From the NCBI GenBank assembly GCA_030390025.1, contig CM059425.1, positions 164,612,001-164,676,000 of the forward strand: a DNA stretch of 64,000 nucleotides, written 5' to 3'. The translations under genes were made by a program, and so were the position numbers. This DNA comes from Squalus acanthias (Eukaryota). The notes below the pieces were generated by a model. The model saw nothing but the letters and a program-made list of their open reading frames with translations, was not told the DNA's origin and ran no database searches. Positions 60,320 to 64,000 of the stretch are shown piece after piece (the first letter of the stretch is position 1; every line of letters begins with the position of its first letter).

Positions 60320-60935
60320 GACTGGCGCAGGCTGCGGCTCCAATAAAACACGGGGAACTGTTTATTTTTTGAAAAGACTTTTTCTCCACACGGAAATAGA
60401 TGAAAAAAAATAAAATGACTGAGTAACTCGCCTACTGAATGCCACTTGGTCTATCAGGATATTTAAAAATTATGATTTGAAACTTGGTAAGTGAGTGGCA
60501 GGCAGTCCCAGCAGTGTACAACAACACTGCTCGTCGATCGACACATATGGACTTAGCACAGCTTGGGAGTGCAAAAGAGGAAGGAAACAGCGAAGTTAAG
60601 ATGGTCGACGGTGGGCTCGCTTTAAACAGTGCAATTCGGAAAGCGATGGCCATTTAAACAGGAATGCTTTCTTATCATCGAGGAGGCCATGTACATTTAA
60701 ACATTCCCTCAAAAAAAAACCCGGCTGGCATTATAGTTTAATTGTGACAGTCATTATGCATTCGCTGCTGTAGGCAGTGGCGGTTGCACTCAGTGCGTTT
60801 CTTGCTGCCTGTCACCGTTTCTAGCATCGAGCTGCTTGGCAAATAGACCTAGGAGAAGGAGCCGAGGGCCAGGCACGGCCAGGCCATGGAGCCACATTTC
60901 CAGAGCGGTGAGTACACGATGTGGATGTTGCCGAT
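60320..60935 (+). promoter_or_regulatory. CpG-enriched promoter/5'UTR region of the putative LNPEP gene
   Basis: Local CpG enrichment with no recognisable repeat; CCAAT near 60340; YY1-like GATGGCCAT near 60645; CGGAA motifs; directly precedes the ATG exon. Confidence 0.5.
60886..60907 (+). CDS. LNPEP: Probable first coding exon of leucyl-cystinyl aminopeptidase (IRAP)
   Basis: Kozak GCCATGG; ATG GAG CCA CAT TTC CAG AGC G|GTGAGT (MEPHFQS, phase 1). Human LNPEP starts MEPFTN(D) in a similarly tiny first exon and follows ERAP2 on the same strand (recall). Confidence 0.72.
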
Positions 60936-62691
60936 GCATTTGTGGCAGTGACATTAGATGAATGGTTGGTAAAAATGTTGCAAAGTTGGTAGCAACTGTT
61001 GGGCGAGGAACACTGGAGAAGTGATGGAGGAGAAAAACATAAGGATCCAGTCGCATTGTGCTGGGTGTCTTCAAATCCAAACCACTGGGGTTATGGATTT
61101 CTTTGTGAAATCTGTTTTTTTTTACTTCTCAGTTCGGCAACGCAGAGACAATTTAGTTTGATTCTTGCTTCAGTTTTGGGTTGGATTAATCTTATTTTTT
61201 TTTTTGCAATATGTGGAGTGTATATAACGTTCTCATTTCACCAAGTTGTTTCCAGGTCGAAGTTGATGCAATTTGATAAACCCACTTTCCGAGGTGGTTC
61301 CATGCTTCTCCCTACCGTCATCCCTCGCTTTCCTTTTCAACAGGACTTCACCCCCTTCCCCCTAGAACATATGTGATTCCTTGTGAACAGGCAAATGCTG
61401 GGGCGCAGGATCAAACTGGTAAAATAACAACACACAGAATAAATGTGTGCATAGATAATGATCTGTTGCAAAGCTATGCAGTGCACTCGGTTTATGATCT
61501 GCAGACGTTATCTGAAGAACTTCAGTACTGTATGTTACAGCCTTGAACACACTTTTTGTAATTTGCTATCATTCACCATTTTTCCTTGTGTCTCGTCTTC
61601 CATTCTTATTGCTGGGATAGTTCTTTGACTTGGAGGTGGTATTTTACAACATGCTGATGCTAAACCAGGGTCCATAAGAGGGCTTCACAGAAACATTTTT
61701 TCTAATCATTCTATTTAAAAGTATCTATTATTTCTCTGCCATCTGTTCTTTCTGCCAACTGATCCTATTCATAACTATGATTGAGCATTAATGTTGCAAA
61801 ACATTCTCCATGTCCTTGTGAGATCTAAATCTGCAGGGCAAAACTAGCTTTGCTAATGAGCAATGGGAAAGGGAAAATTGATTGTGGCAATAAAATTATC
61901 CAGAAAAAATCCAGTGGCAAAATTGCAGCAGTTAAAAATATATAAAGTTGATACGAATATTTGGCTGTAAGTGTGCTTAAGACTATGACGCCAGTGCGGA
62001 TGACTAAACTGCTTTAAGTTAAATTCTGCGTGTAGTAAAGGTTTTGTAACACATCCCAACCATTTATTCTGTGATCTAAATGAAGGATGCAATAAAACAC
62101 AATTAAGTAATAAGTTTTGCTGCAAACATTTCAACTAAAACTAGTAATTTCAACATAATCATTTTTCTACAATGAAACAAACAATGACAGCATTACAAGT
62201 AATATTTCATATGATTGGAAAAAGAGCCCGTATTTTAGTCAACGACAGCTGCTGCAGTTTAGTTTGTCACTCCTTATTCAAAGTAATGGATTGTAAGTGC
62301 AGATGAACATCGTGTTTGGTGGGAGGGCATTTTGTCTTGCACTATTGCAAAATCAGTGTACTTTTGTTTCATTTGTGTAACTCCCTGTAAAGGTCAGACG
62401 GTGTTCCATAAAGCCATCTGCTCAAGTGTTTCTGATTTATGGGCCACTCCCTAGCTGTGCAAGCAGCTGTTGTGCTGGCGTGCTGACTCTCATCCCAGTG
62501 TGTGTTTGGGGTATCCAGGTCTGTTTGTGTTTATGAATTGTAAGTCTTCACTGTAGTTTATCCAAAAAACATTTCAGTTCCATTTTTAAATTCAAATTCT
62601 TTTAGCAGAATTTACCCTAAATGGAAAAACTTGAGTAGCAAATGTGTAGAATCCAGTAATATGTAATGCATATTGGGGTAGTGTTTTTTCC

Positions 62692-63400
62692 TTTCGTTTA
62701 TGGGATGTGGGTGTCGCTGGCAAGGCCAGCATTTATTGCCCAACCCTAATTGCCCTTGAGAAGGTGATGGTGAGCCACCTTCTTGAACTGCTGCAGTCCA
62801 TGTGGTGAAGATACTCCCACAGTGCTGTTAGGTAGGGAGTTCCAGGATTTTGACGACGAAGGATTGGCGATATACTTCTAAGTCAGGATGACATGTGACT
62901 TGGAGGTGGTGGTGTTCCCATGCGCCTGCTGCCCTTGTCCTTCTAGGTGGAAGAGGTCGAGGGTTTGGGAGGTGCTGCCGAAGAAACCTTGGTGAGTTGC
63001 TGCAATGCATCTTGTAGATGGTACACACTGCAGACACGCCTTACTTGTGCCTTGTAAATGGTGGAAAGGCTTTGGGAGTCAGGAGGTGAGACACTCACCG
63101 CAGAATACCTAGCCTCTGACCTGCTCTTGTTGCCACAGTATTTATGTGGCTGGTCCAGTTAAGTTTCTGGTTAATGGTGACCCCTAGGATGTTGATAGTG
63201 GGGGATTCGGCGATAGTAATGCCATTGAATGGCAAGGGGAGGTGGTTAGACTCTCGCTTGTTGGAGATAGTCATTGCTTGGCACTTCTGTGACGCGAATG
63301 TTACCTGCCACTTATCAGCCCAAGCCTGAACGTCAGTCCAGGTCTTGTTGCATGCGGGCATGGACTGCTTCATTATCTGAGGAGTTGTGAATGGTGCTGA
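62692..63400 (-). mobile_element. Family-B LINE 3' fragment with an internal deletion
   Basis: Matches 16430-17300 with a jump near 63037. Confidence 0.88.
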
Positions 63401-63519
63401 ATGGCACTGTTCCCTGTACTGTATACCTTGATGCAACATCCAGCCTGCTCAGCAAAGGACTGGCACTTGCACGGTTGAGATGTGAGAAGAGGGTCTTATT
63501 TGAAGCTGAGAGCAATATA

Positions 63520-63873
63520 CAGGAAACTCTTTATTAACCGGCACCGGCGTGGTGCCGGTTAATCAAAAAGTCCGGATAATGGAGAGTTATATCTCCCAAC
63601 ATACGAGAGCCCCGTACATATTGACATGCGCCTGCATTCAGAGCTCCGTCTCCCCAGGGACAGCCAGCTGACCATCTGTCGTGTCCGCTGCCTACCCGGG
63701 CTGCACATTCCCCTCCCAATCTACACGCTCCGATACAAGGCAAACGCCTCGGTTTTTTAAAAAAAAGTTAATTTTAAACGAGAGATGAAGGAAAACCCCG
63801 GTTACCTACTCAAGAATTTTGCCGGTTGAGAAATTTCCGGATATTTGGGTGCCGGTTAATAAAGAGTTTCCTG
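63520..63873. mobile_element. Tc1/mariner-type MITE, second copy
   Basis: Perfect 26-bp TIRs CAGGAAACTCTTTATTAACCGGCACC, TA flanks; inverted relative to 49773-50113. Confidence 0.9.
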
Positions 63874-64000
63874 TAATATGGTAAAATGTTGTCCTTTTTT
63901 CTCTGATTTTTACCTTCTCATTTCCTCCCTCCCCCCTGGTGTATCATGCATTCCTATCTCTGTAACACTGGCACCCGATTGGCTCAAATTTTATATACAT

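Noticed and set aside
60481..60495. TTG|GTAAGT donor as an upstream non-coding LNPEP exon
   Set aside because: Plausible motif, but no acceptor or transcript evidence can be established from sequence.

Overview
Vertebrate genomic DNA, most likely a cartilaginous fish (shark), inferred from the repeat families. The window holds one complete + strand M1-family zinc aminopeptidase gene most similar to ERAP2. It has 18 coding exons between 6359 and 54920, all with GT-AG introns and consistent phases, giving a 2817-nt CDS (938 aa) with intact GAMEN, HEXXH(X)18E and catalytic Tyr. About 6 kb downstream, a CpG-rich region holds a 22-nt coding first exon (MEPHFQS, phase-1 GTGAGT donor) that looks like LNPEP/IRAP exon 1, matching the mammalian ERAP2-LNPEP order. 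Introns and flanks are full of transposons, often nested: CR1 LINEs (one with an ORF1 esterase), a second RT-LINE family, L2, Deu-domain SINEs, a solo LTR with a CCTG TSD, Tc1/mariner-type and Harbinger-type MITEs, and Penelope-like remnants. The least obvious signals are two minimal type-I hammerhead ribozyme motifs in the Penelope remnants. One is sense-oriented in an ERAP2 intron (36249-36285); the other overlaps a 68-bp inverted repeat (56532-56569, minus). Also notable are a mosaic ERAP1/ERAP2 active site (His at the S1 residue) and a G-quadruplex-type 40-bp minisatellite. Family names come from recall, not database searches.
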